From: Marsupella aquatica
Taxonomy: Eukaryota > Plantae > Marchantiophyta
DNA: 64,000 nt
Assembly (NCBI GenBank): GCA_973895155.1
Contig: OZ316892.1
Location: forward strand, 8,670,048 to 8,734,047
Direction: 5' to 3'
A model generated the notes under the pieces. The model searched no databases. It saw nothing but the letters and a program-made list of their open reading frames with translations, and had not been told where the DNA came from. Position 1 is the first letter of the stretch. Every line of letters starts with the position of its first letter. This document shows, one piece after another, positions 1 to 13,147 of this stretch. Position numbers and translations under genes: made by a program.

Positions 1-2293
1 ACAAATTATGCTCACTTGGAACAGAATCATGCTTTAGAAGGAGGTATCTTATGATGCAAGCAAACTAGAATTTTACATAATGAGGATAGTATTGTTAGTG
101 AGTCACTAGTACTGGTTCTCAATGTCTTTGTATTTCTAGTGAATTTCTAAGAGTTCAGATAACTAGCAAGTTGGCTAGCCAGAAAAAGAGTTTCAAAATC
201 GGTGTTTACTAACCAAATTTTGGCTAGTTTGGGACTAGCTTAGTTAACAAAGTGGGGTTTCCTTCTAACATTAACAGGAAATTTTGCCCTCCTAATAGGA
301 TTTGTTTTCCTATTTGCTTGCACAATACAACTACCCCTTTAGAACAAGCTATTGAATGTATCCCAGATTCGCTCGTCTTCCATTCTGGCTGCATAAACTA
401 GGATACCTGATCCTGATTCAGAGTCTGGAAGTAGAATTGGTTTATGAAGAAATTTGAAAGTTGGAGGTAATTGGTTTATGAAGAATTTTGAAAGTTGGAG
501 CTAATTGGACTAGTTGGATTATAATATGAAAGACTACCACCAAACGTGGCTTAGGTTGCTAGTATCAGAAACCAAACACCAATCGAGAATTTTATGTGCT
601 CAAAGATAAAACTTTACTACTAGCTATCATGTGCTCGTGCTCTTGATGAGACCAGAGAGAGTGAAAGCTTGCTTTGGTTTTCTGGAATGCAGGTTTCACT
701 TAGAAAAATTTGGATGCACCTTGTGAGTGAAAGAGGAGTCTTTATGGATTGTAAATGGATTGCACTAAGGAAGGAACGGAGAGGGTTGAAACTGGCTTAC
801 CAAATCCACACAACAGACACATTTTTTCCTAAACTCCACTAGCCATGACAAAACTTGGATCCACCAAGTTTCATCAATTAAAAGATTCCTTTATGGAAGT
901 GTGGAGCAAAAAGGCAAGGACGAGGATTAGAGGAGTGAATAAAAAAGGGGAAGTCTTGGACACCTCTCTTTCTATATAGCATGCTCATCTTGGAACATGC
1001 TTCATTTTTTGTTTTTTAGTGATATATAGGTATTTGGATTATAATATAAACATGACATTGACTAGGAAAACGTACAGTCATATTGAAACTTGTGCACATA
1101 AGGTACCAAAAAAAATACACATGTAAATAAAAATAATAATAAACAATAAAGTTTAAATTTATGGTATTGGGATGTGCACATAATGTACATGAGTAGAGAT
1201 ATTTATGTACTTACTTTAGGTAATGACACTCAAAATAATTAAAACCATAAATTTAGGACACAAAACCATGAGTAGTACTTAAAGACATAAGGTGTGCACA
1301 TTATTTAGATCATTTCTTCTGTACTCATGAGAATAAGGGCTAGAAATTCAACGAGCTCTTTGTTATAGGGTGGATGATCTTAAAATATAGCAAAGATTTT
1401 AAAAAATTAGAGGGGTGCCAGAATAAATTGGAAATCTAAACTATACAAGGGGCATCCCTTGTTAAGACACATTAAAATAAAAATGCATAACAAAAGAAGT
1501 TTGAATAAGACAAAATAATGAAAGTTGCATTCGCATATAGCACCTTCAAAATGCCCAGTCTAGGTTTAAAGTGGAGGTAAGCAGGCAAGGATAAAAAAAA
1601 CCTGCCGACTTTTGTGTTTTTTGTTGCCATGATCTCGTCTTGTGTGGTCAAAGCTATGTGGACCCATCCTGATATACAACTTGCCCTTCATGATTGAAGA
1701 AAAGGTAAAACAGATTTGAAGCAAGAAGAAAACAAAGATGCCTGATTGCTCCCTCCTTTCGCGCCCACGGCTAGAAGTAAATGGGTACTGTGAATTCCAG
1801 TGGACCGAGTCCCTGCTAGAATGGATGGACGACAGGCACCGACCATTGTCACAAGCTTTACAGGTCGCATTTCAGTGATGTAATCGACATCATCGTAGTG
1901 AACACGGCAGCAACCCTTGTCAAAAGCTTTACAGGTAGCAACCGTTATCACAAGCTTTACAGATTATATTTTCAGTCACATGTAATACACATGTCTTGCT
2001 GTATATGTAACGTAATGTAACATATGTAACATGACATAATAAAATATAACTTAAACATCCATCATGGTCGAGGAAGTCTGTCGGAGTATTTTGTGATATA
2101 AATAAAAATTTAAGCATAGAGGTCCCATCCGAGCTGAGGAAGTATGTCGGAGTGTTTTGTGATCGACACAGATTCAAAAAAGGGATCCACCTGAGTGAGG
2201 AAGTCTGTGGGGGTGCTCTGGTAAACTGGGAGGTCCATCCAAAATTTCCCCCTTTCCAGGCTTTCCTTGTCCAGTAAACTGTAATTTTTGTCA

Positions 2294-2549
2294 AGAGAAG
2301 AGGTTACGGGTGTGTAACAATTTATGTAGGGACTTGCTATAGTCATAATATGCTGTCCTGAAAAGTCAAGTAGGTAAACTCTTTTTGGGTAGGAGTTACA
2401 CATGCTAGTGCAGGGCTGGGGTTAGACTATAACTTGTTCCCGGAACATTCAAAGAAATTTTCCGGCTACCATCAATCAGCTTCTTTTCATATTCCGAACG
2501 CAAGGTTATAACCTAGTAACCCTACGCCCAGACCTGCATTACCTTGTAC
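2294..2549. repeat. Dispersed repeat (MITE-like family); inverted copy at about 47270-47531
   Basis: About 260 bp align by eye to the reverse complement of 47270-47531. The terminal motif (GGTTATAACCTAGTAAC..GCCCAGAC..ATTA) recurs at about 43620-43730 and 48290-48640. Confidence 0.75.
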
Positions 2550-5500
2550 GTAACCTCGGAAGGCAAATCACAAAACTTTGCAATCCACTCAAGGTAGAGT
2601 ACAAGAGTGGGCTACTGGGCTCATCAACGAATTTAATTATCACGGGGAGACACTGAAAGAGAGAGCACCGAAAGTTCCTTTATTGGCTGAACTTAAAGTT
2701 CAGCTTTGTGGTGGGAGCCCAAAATGGCTCCAAACTTTTTTTCTGCGCATACGTTTTCTTTGCATTCGTTTTCTCCACATATACTTTCTCCACATACATA
2801 TAGAGGCACACAAATATACTTTAGTCACAATATATTCATTTTAACATTCTTTAGTTTGTATGAAATATTCAAGATCAAGACAAATTGGAGTACACAGAGT
2901 ATATTGTATTCAACACAAATGAAAGTACATTAAATGCTCCCCCTCAATGTAAGTGTGTACTTGATTCTCTCACCACTTAATGTCTTTGTCTTTTAGTTAT
3001 CAGAATTTCTTAATGCTTTTATATATTTCCCTTTGGGACCAAAGTCACCTTGAAAAGGTACGCGTCTTAAAGGGGCTTCCTTTTTGTTTTTGGGTGAAAT
3101 TGGTCACCTCGAAAAGATTTTTAAAGGGGTTTTTTTTTATAGAAAAAACGATGAGTAAGGAGCATGCCCTATGGTTGATCTCATTATTTTATTTTCTTTG
3201 AGAATTAAAACAGATAGAGAATCAAGGGTATTTTAAAGAATGGGAAAATCAAAAAGACAAAAAGAGACATTTTTATTTTTTGGCCCGGATGGAGGATTAC
3301 TTTAAGGGGAGAAATAATAAGGGTTTAAAGAATTTTTTCTTTAATTGCTGAGAGGTTTAAGGGTATTTAAGGGAGAGATTTTCAAAATGGTCTTTGTTTA
3401 TATTTTTTTCTTGCTAGAGGGGGCAGACACTAGTTGAGTGTATCGAACAAGCTAACCCCTATTCTATCTTAGAAGTGGGGAGCGATGAATGGTTTAAGGG
3501 TCTTTTAAGGGGAGGAACAATAAAGACAAAGAATGGAGAGATTTCAGGTTTTATAAATCTTTCCTTTTTCTTGCAAGAGGGGGGTCAACATCAAAACAAA
3601 AAATGTGTTTTTATTCCTTTTGTGTACTTCTCACTCATTTTTCAACATAGATATAGATTTTTATTTGAGTAATTCTAGAAGAATGGGTGGGTGTGCTTTT
3701 AATTAGGTTAGGTATGACATTAATTAGGAACTTAGGGATGATTAGCATAAACGGGAGAGTCTCTCAGTTCATTCTCCTCATTCTCTTCTCTTCTCCTCTC
3801 ATTGCTTATTCTTTTGCCTTTTTTTGGCCAAAGCGACCTCATAGGCATTGGCGCCATAAGCGTTGCTTGCAACCTACCATTTGCCTAGGTGGTCGTGGAG
3901 GGACGCCCTCGATCATTAGGGTCGTTCATAGGTAGTTTTCTATCGTATTCTTTTGGACTAGTGCGAGTTTGCTCTAGCCGGTGGTAGCAATGACCTAGTC
4001 ATTTGCTACAGACCTGCCTATAGTCACTTAATCTAGTACATTTGACCCGACATTTGGATGCAACTCTTTTTTGTTGGAGATATACTTTGGCTTTGTGTTG
4101 TCATCGATGGAGTGTTCTCGATGCATACAATGCTTGTTGCTTGAGAAATATTTTGCCGATGAGAGTGTTCATCCTTCAGATGCTGGTTTGTATATACATC
4201 AATGAAAGGTTGACGATGAGAGGAGAAAAAGATTAAATTCTTTATGATTTATTTCAGATTAGGTGGTGGACAATTTAGGGTTAATTTAGGTTAGTCTTTT
4301 AGATACATTTAGGTTTTGATACATTTTTTTCTCTTATCGAATAAAAATTACATGTATGAATTCTATTTCAAACTTATATTATTTTGACGTATCATATTAG
4401 AATGAAGTATCTTTTCCTTGTATTTATTAATTTTTCTCAAATTTAAATGCAACCCCAACTTATCATGTTTTTGTACTATTGCGAGTCAAATTTGGGTCAA
4501 AGCATTTCAGGACCCGAGTTTTGAATCTGAGACCTCCCCTTCACGAGAGTGATCACTATACTAATGAAACATTCATGTATTGGTGACAATAACTAATGAG
4601 TCACAAATTATAAAAAGTAGTTCAGCTTTTGTGACCAAACCCTTGGGTCACGGGCATTTCACGGGGAGACACGGAAAGAGAGAGCACCGAAAGTTCCTTC
4701 ATTATTGGGGTACCTTAGTCGTCAAAACTTGACCGAGGTGCCACGTTACTATTGTGTGGCGACCTGGAGTGCAATATTGTACTGCGGTTAGATTCGAAGT
4801 TCGAACTGTTCTCCAGTTGGAAAACAGGAAAAGAATGGTCTACAGGAGTGATGTACAGAAGAGACCCGTTCGTGGAGAACCCGATGTTGGTCGTCATCCG
4901 CAACAGCGCACTTCGAAGGATCGCAGCCGTCAAGGTTGGACAGATGGCTCCCCATCGCTCGGCATCCGGAGTGGCGTGCCGCCCTCACCTACCTCCCGCC
5001 ACACGATAGCCAACCAATCAAGAAAAGATATTTTGCTTCCGCTTCAGGTTTGCGCGCCTACACTTCTCTCGCAGGCGGTGTCGGTTCGGGCTCTGGAAAG
5101 TGGAAACTGCCTCGCCGCGCTGATCCCTTCTTCACGCTCCGTGTGCGCTCGACCCTGCTTATATAGCGATCGTCCTGGTCCAATAGTCACTTTGATTCCC
5201 GCCGATGGCGTCCTCGAGGTGTCGAGGTTTGGGAGTTTCTATGGCGGAAGTGCGGGGAAGGACGGCGTCTGGTTTCATGTCGAAGGGCTATGGTGATCTG
5301 CCTTGTCCTGGATCCGCGGCGGAAGACTCGAATACGTCGCCTCCTTCTTTACGGGTATGTGACGATTTCCTTCCAGAGCTTGATTGTGTCAGATGTCGGT
5401 TGTGAGTTCAGAGTTTTTACGAATGCGCAGAAGTAGAGTGATGTCGGGGTGGTACTGGATTCGGAAGGATTTCCGGAGACGTCTACTTAGTTCGATGGAT

Positions 5501-7027
5501 TGGGATGATGATGTGATCTGCGACTCTTGTTGCGAGAAGAGTGTAGGTTCGTGAGTGTTTTTGGAAGGGGGTTTGTCTTGTTTCATCGGTCGACCGAAGA
5601 GGCTCGCATCCGGTGTTGTAAGATCGCAGCTTGTCTGTCGGTATTAAAGAGCTCGGTAAGGAATGCTCGCTATGATGCTATCCAGCGGCCCAACTGATGG
5701 TCTACGTTTGCAATCATGTTACGTCTTGGTTGACATCCCGTTTTACTGTTCCGGGTTTCGGGATGTTGCTGATAGGTCCAATTTAGGCGTTTGTGTTCGT
5801 CGCCGACTGAACTATGTTATCGAGTTTGTCTGATCGCGGTTGTGGTAGTAGCCGTCTATGTGTCATCTGCTTGCTAGAAGAGTCCAGTGTTGCCCCTGAC
5901 CTTCGTTTAGTGGTTGTGAGTCCGGGGAGTTGTAGTGTATAGGTCTCATTACAATGATCTTCGTTTGTATCCAGATATCCGTGACAGATGTGCTTCAGGA
6001 TTACGCAATGAGTGTCATTGCTGGGTGCTTGCCGGCGGTCGATCGGTTATCCCATCCGAAAGATCGGAAAGATCTTGCACGGCGCTGCGTGTGATCAAGT
6101 TCTGCATGCTTCGTCTAGCGAGCAGGTTGTGTAAGATAACATCGGGGCCGGCGTTCAGAGCTCTTCCGCAGTAGTGTTCCGAGACGAAGATCGGGGGATG
6201 TGTACTTCCGTCTTTGATTTGCGGAGTGGTCTGGAGCCTGGCAGTGTTATGGTAGTACATTGGACTTCAAATGGGAGACTGCTGTGAAGTCCTATGTTGA
6301 ACAGTAGTGATCAATGGTTGGAGATCTTGCGTCTTCGGTACGTGATTCAAGTTAAGCTTCTCGAATGATTGTCAGGGATAAACGTCGCAACCTACCAAGG
6401 ATCTACCTCATTGTTGAGATAGAGTAGGACCTTGCGTAACGTTATGTCGTGTATCCCTGGTGTGGTTGATCTGTGAGAGATGGTTCGCTTAGTTCTCAAA
6501 GCTGGTTTGACAAAAGACTTCGCCCGTCATGCTTAAGCGGAGGTAATTATGTTCTTGAACCATTCAGGTTTCGTTAGGTTGTTTCCGAATGTGCATATGT
6601 TCACTGCCAATCAGCCTTGGTGAATGGGAAAAAGTACCAGGCTGATTGCACCACGATACGACCTTGCCCTTATGGGTGCGCTTACGGGGCAGGTCAATGT
6701 ATCAATAAAAAATGTCGCATTTGTGTAGGGGAGTGGTTATGACCCTCCCCGAGTGTGTGGTGCGGACTGGCGGTTCCCGTGTGGCTTTTGTGGTGCGACG
6801 GGGAGGGTACCGTGCATCTTGTCCTGTCTTGTCTTGTGTCTGGACTACGGAACAGTGTCAAATCTGATGGCAACCACTGCGCACATCGGTAAGCGGCTTG
6901 GAACTAGTGTCTGTAGGATTTGACGTTCAGCATCGCTTCTTTGCCCTTGTTGTTTGCAAAGTGTCTACTCCACCCTTCCAGCACTTCCACTCCAAAGTAT
7001 GACTACATATTTCTTCCTCCGTTACAT

Positions 7028-7301
7028 TTCGATTGTCCAGTAATGTTTCCACATACTCCCTATCAGTAGCTCTGCAGCATCCTGTGCAACGTTGACACGC
7101 ATACCTGCGATTTAATCCATCTGCTCCGATTGATTCCGGTTGTCAACTGATCTTTCCACAGATTTGCCCTATCAATAGCTCTCGTGCATTCTATGCAACT
7201 TTGACCTCCAATCTTCTCCGTTCTATTTCGATTGTCAACTAATGTTTCCACAGATTTGCCTTATCAATAGCTCTGCTGCATTCTGTGCAACAATGACATC
7301 C
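7028..7301. repeat. Three degenerate tandem copies of a ~70-110-bp unit
   Basis: TTGTC..TTTCCACA..TATCA(A/G)TAGCTCT..GCAT..TGCAAC repeated at about 7028, 7139 and 7227. Confidence 0.75.
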
Positions 7302-8357
7302 ATCTGCTAGTGGTGAAGAACGAACATAATACACCATGTTTTGGTGCTTTTTAACCTGGCTTAACTTGGGGGTCGTCTTCAACAAACTGAAGGCAATAAA
7401 TTTCTGACCCGGTTACTACATCGACCCTGTTTGGAACTGATTTGTTCTACGCAGAGCTGGCGTTTGCAAGCGGATTAGTGAAGAGAAGGTATTCACAATT
7501 ACCCAAGTTATAGCGATTTCGTAGGTAGATTGTGATTTTGTACTGGTAATATCTAAAATTATGTTTTGTGTATGTTGGCAAAGGCATGCCAGTCCACCTG
7601 AATTGCCGGAATGTGTGCGTGTTTGATTGCGATGTGCCAAATTCAAGTCGCGCGCCAGGATTGTATCAATTCGTAGGATGTCGGTTATACTTGTAGACTT
7701 AAGTATTTGCGATAACTGTTCCTGTCAATATCTATAGTATTTCGGTCGAGTTTGTGATGGTGGTGTAGTTGTTGCTGGGTGCGAATTGCACTAGCAATGT
7801 GAATGTAGAGTAAACTGTGGCTTTGATGAATATAGGCTGCAGGGAAACGGGACACTGGGAAAAGTAAATGGAAGATATGTTACAAGTTTGCTGCCTCTCG
7901 TGTGCGAAAAAAAAAGTAGCTGATAATAAGATGATGCTTAAACTTTGCGCTCGCATATCGACTCGCAAATCTATGTTCCGTGGGTATCAAACAGGCATTC
8001 GAAACAATCATCAGATGAAATCTCTACATCGAATGGGACGTGGCCTACTACATATAGGCGGAAAGATCGCGCACACACAGGATGGAACATAACCGCAACC
8101 ATGATTGTTCAAATTCAAATTTGACTCGGCAAAATCCATCTTGTGCAGATGGTAGTGAACAATGGTCAAGTGCCTCCAGGAGCTGCATCGGAAAACTGTC
8201 ACAGACGCCTATGTGATGTAAATAGTTCGTCGTTTACACTATCTGCAGCAATTAGTCATTTTGTTCTTAAGTATGACGTTACCGTTTGCAAATAAAGCAA
8301 TCTGAATTCCTTCGACCGAAGTTCTTAACTTTATGTTTCGTCTTTTGTTTGTTAGCT

Positions 8358-8528
8358 TCTAGTTGCAGGATGAATAGTTCAATGTATCGCACGAAAATAA
8401 TTTTTTTGCCCCATCATCTTATTCAATATGCACTTAGCTGGCCTCTAGTTGCAGGATGAATAGTTCAATGTATCGCACGGAAATAATTTTTTTGCCCCAT
8501 CATCTTATCCAATATGCACTTAGCTGGC
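8358..8528. repeat. 86-bp tandem duplication
   Basis: TCTAGTTGCAGGATGAATAG..CACTTAGCTGGC twice, near identical. Confidence 0.9.
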
Positions 8529-9887
8529 TTGTTTGCGATAGCCAGATAAACCCATGTTTATACTTCTCGGATAATTTTTTTCCCCTTGGGAAATTTTTCT
8601 TGGATGCGGAGTGCGGGATCGGTTGGATTGTGTAATCCATCGCGCAGGAGGTGATTGTGCAGTTGTTTTGTTTTGGCAAAACCTCCCCCGTCGACCTGCA
8701 CATCTATGGCAAAGTATGGAATGCCGGAGAATCATCAGCTATGAAAAGCTTTCTCGGGCTAATAACGAGCACTGCCACGCCGAGTATGGAATGACGGAGA
8801 GTATCGTGAACTATCAAATACTTTCACGAGCTATAATGAATTCAGATGTGAATGGTACAACTTTGTTGGGTCATACCGTCCCTCTACCCTTTTCTCCAGC
8901 TGTCGAATTAAACTTTGCTCGGCTGCCCCGTATCCCTAGGAGTGAACTCCCAGCAGCGATTATAGTTTGACAGTTTTAGGGGAACTGTAATTACGTAGGA
9001 CAAATTTTGGCGTTTGTTACACTAGATGCTTTTAACATGGAACCGTGTGAAGATATAGTATCTCCTGCAGAAGCTGAGTAGGTTGCATAGTTTATTTGTG
9101 GTTAGCTCTGCGTACAAAGACAGACCTCAAATGCTGGACATAATGTCAGTATGTTTTGTTTAAACCCTGGGACTTCAAAGGTGTCCAATTTGACGGCCTG
9201 GTGTATTTTTAATGCTCGGTTTGACTGTCATCACTTCAGTGTACCAGCTAATTACAGGGTTGATACGGTGATTTCGTCCCTAATTCTGATCGGTGTGTCA
9301 AGTGATTGTGGTACTGAGGGAACTGTCGCATCTTGTCCGAATGAAGTAGTCGACTTGCTAGTGTTCGAACGATGGGTCGATGCGTGAAGTTGGGGTGGCC
9401 GATGGAGTATTGGATGCGGTGTACATGGAGTTGAAGTAACCGGTGCTCGAATGACAAGTAACGGATAAGTAGTGAACTTGCATGCCCGAATTCTCGAAGA
9501 ATCGATCTTTCCAGCCTGGATTGGCCAGGTTTGTGGGTCCGAATCCCACTGGAAAGCAATTCCTACCTTGTGCTATTTATCTTTTCACCCCTGCGGCTTT
9601 GTTGAAAGAGATTAACCGTTAATTGGCCGGAATGTACGAAATTATTTATTGTCACGTCTCTTGCGAACGGTAGCCGTCGTTGCCTACATGGCAATATAGA
9701 TTTGCACAGAAGGACATCAGGCTGGGTCCCGGTAGGCTCATTGCTCGATGTCAGTTTAATTTTTTCTCCGCTTCAGAGCATTTGGTGCGCCTCCCCCCTC
9801 CCCATAGAGGGACGGCTCTTGTTATCTGCCCATAATTTGCTTTCTCCCCAGGGAAGATCTCCACTTGATATGTTTACATTGCTTTAA

Positions 9888-9902
9888 ACCGCCACTGTCC
9901 AT
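9888..9902 (+). repeat. Left terminal inverted repeat of the Kolobok-like element
   Basis: ACCGCCACTGTCCAT preceded by TTAA; exact reverse complement of 19640-19654. Confidence 0.9.
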
Positions 9903-11494
9903 CAAAGAAACCTGGATCCACCAGGTTTCTTAATTTAGGGCATGTCCAGCTCCGGGCATCCCCCGACAGTTTTTGGCCGGTCAGTGTGGCCGATACTTTT
10001 TGGACGGGTCAGGTGTGCAAATGTAGCTCGGTGTCCCTACTAGATTTGCGGAGGGCGTGAGAGTTATTGGAAGTCCTGGTCCAGCTTCACTCCGCCCATG
10101 CTGCGCGAGTGTCAATAGCAGACTCGAGCAATTCTTGCTCTCCGGTGCTCAGCAAGTGTTCAGCAAGTGTTCAGCCACATGAGTCGACCATTTCTCCTGA
10201 ACCCATGCTGCTGAATAGCATGGAACGTGATTGCTTGAATATGTGAAGTGTCCTGCACCTCTCTTCCGCCCATGCTGTGCAAGTGGAGAATGGATCGTGA
10301 ACTCCTTATGAACCAATATTACTGCACATAACTGTTCAGCAGCCGAGTCGTGCAATTATCATACCCCATTCTACTACGCAGCAAATTCTGCTTTTCATGA
10401 GCAGAGCGTTCATCCACAGATCGAGATTTCACATGCCAAGCTTCAGTTGTCGGCAGCAGCGAAGTAGGAGTTACCTTCACGTTTATATTTCGACGAGTTC
10501 GGCTGGCAAGGTGGACATCGTACTGAATGAGCTCGGCCTTCAGGCCCGTCTTGCACTTGTGAGAGAGTTTTAGAATTGGAATATGTCACACTATCAATTT
10601 GCCATTCACAAGATCTTGTCCCAGACGTCGGGAATAAGTCCACCCAACTGTGCTAATTTATTTTCTCTGTAGTGGTCCCCGGGGTGGTGCCACTACTGAT
10701 TGGGTTTCACCATTCATTGAGCCTCGGCCGTTCATTAATTGCTAGTAGGTGGAAAGTCAATTCGGATAAAAACGATTAGTGCAACTTCGATAATTGCTGT
10801 AATTGAAAGGTCAGCCTGAACAGGACAGTGCTCATGGAACAAGATTTACACTTCACATCATTTCCGTCTCTATTCTGCTGCACTCATCTTTGCAACTTCA
10901 TCCATCTCTTGTTCTTCCTTTCCCTTGCCTTGGTCCCGATCGAACAAGTCTTGCACTTTCCCAGAAGTCTCTGTCTTCAAAATTCACTGTCAAAGATCTC
11001 GATTTTGCAGCTCCAAAACAAGAAGCCTCAGAACCCGAGAAACGCCTGCAATCTCGTTTGAGACTCACCCATCAACAATAGCACACTAGATTGCGAGTAG
11101 ACGACAAAAAGGGCTTGACTTGAACATTATGTTGTACTGGTTAATTAGTTGGCCACACGAACTCTAACAGTGCTCCCGATCACCCTCTCAAAAATCCTGC
11201 GGATCTCCCTGGCTTCTCTACTGTCTACAAACTAGACAAGATTTCTTGTCCGATCCTGGTTCTTCCTCTCCATATTCCCTTGCCGACATGGTCTGTTGTC
11301 TGGATCCAAACCAAAGAATATAGTCATTCATTCTCATCCTCATTTGGTTGCCTTGAATTCACTCTTTCTGTTTAGGAGGTTTTTTTTTTGAAAGGGCATG
11401 CTCAAGTCACTTTTGCAACCCACTATGTTATTCATTTCGTCCTTATGCTGTGCAGTTGTATTGTCATTGTTCATCGACCTTCCGGTCACTCAGC

Positions 11495-12240
11495 ATGAAT
11501 AATCTTAGGTAAACTCTATCTTGCAAAAGAAATTGAAGAAATTGCTAATTCCCCTTCAAATTATTTTGGCTCATGTCTACTTTGCTTGTGGCCTGTTTTT
11601 ATGCATAGAAGTTGCCCCTATTTTTTCTCATGTATTTGGGTCTTACATGCACAAATTTAATGAGTTTGTGTACAATTTACTTTCCATCATGCACTGTCTT
11701 GCATAATAGTTGTTTGGTCTTGTTTAATTATCTCATTTAAGATATAACATGTATTCATTGAACAACAACTAGTATCCTGCCCAACTTTTCTAGGTTTATA
11801 GTTGCATGACATTGAATTTAAATTGGCCATGTTGTAGGAGTGTCGAGCATGAAAACAGACCGGCAGAATTGATATCCTATGGAAATGGCATATACCGCTT
11901 GTCATGGCCAGTTCCTCCACCAGGACGTCGGAAATTCCGACTTCTGAGACATGTAGACATTGTTGCTAGGTTCCCAAATTTTTGCACAGCAATCGACGAA
12001 AACCTTGCTGACCTCAACTCTGCCCAGGCTCTTTCTCCTGCAACAGTTCAGGCTTTTCATATGTGTGCTGCATGGGCATACACTGAAACTGTTCCCCGCA
12101 GACAGAGGTACATTGTCTACCGCAAACTAGCACATGTTGCTAGTTTTGCAGATAGAACACCCTTCCCGGCAGCAGTTACAAGTGCAGTGCAGTCCACTTG
12201 GGAGCTACCTGGTGAACAACATGTGGGTTTCCGGTTTTAG
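11495..12240 (+). CDS. KolX-like protein (resembles the P2X7 C-terminal ballast domain), about 138 aa
   Basis: Exons 11495-11508 (ATGAATAATCTTAG|gt; first exon less certain) and 11838-12240 join in frame. The C-terminus RQRYIVYRKLAHVASFADRTPFPAAVTSAVQSTWELPGEQHVGF fits the recalled KolX/P2X7 pattern R-Y-x-x-Y-R..R-x-x-x-P-x-x-V..GxxxGF. The gene lies tail-to-tail with the transposase inside the TIRs. Confidence 0.75.
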
Positions 12241-13147
12241 GTTTGGAGGTTGTTTTTACTTTTTTCTTTTCATCATTGTTCTTATCACTTGAGTTATTTT
12301 CCATGTCTAGGTTATTTGTTCTACTAGTTTTTGGGTCTTTGTATTGCAAGTGCCACCCTTTCTTTCCCAACTACAAGTGCATGCCACCTAGTAGTTCCTA
12401 AGCAAACACCATGTTGGTGTATGCCTTTAGTTTTCTAAGGTTGTGTGGTTATCTTTTCATCAGTATGAATTTGCTTATTGTTCCATGCTTTCTTTGTTTT
12501 ATCATACTATTTTATTATTTTTATCTGGCATGTGCCTCCTTCTTCTCCCAAGTGCATTAAGAACCCTAACTTGGGAGATGCAAGGCAAAAACCATCCCTC
12601 TTTCTGCATTTACTTGTTGAGGTTCACTTGTGTTTGTTTAAGTTTATTTATTTGTTTATTTCTAGTACTGTCATTTATGGGTTCTTTGTGCTACTCTTTA
12701 CACGTGTTTCTTTGGCTTGTGCCTCCTTCCCCCTCCTCTGGGTTGGAACTCCTACTGGATGGCAGCACGAGGGGTTCAATTCCCCTTTGGAGTATTGTCA
12801 AATTTTGGAAAATTGTTTCAATTTTTATATCTACTAGGTTCTTCCGTAATGCCATGCCATGCATGCTACTCTTCATAGGCAGGGCAAATGAGGGATACTG
12901 GGGCCATGGCCATTTGCCAAAAGTGTGACAAATCTCAACATAACTCACAACTTTCATTCATGGTACTAAACCCTAACTTTCACATCCTACTAATACACTA
13001 ATACAAAAAAGAATAGATGGCAAGGTGATATATTGGACTAGAAAAATGACAAATGAATATAGTAAAATCCACAACTTATATATCTCCTACATGTCAAATA
13101 AACAACACGTGTGGATTTTTCCAAGCCAAAATAAATTTATCAAGTGC

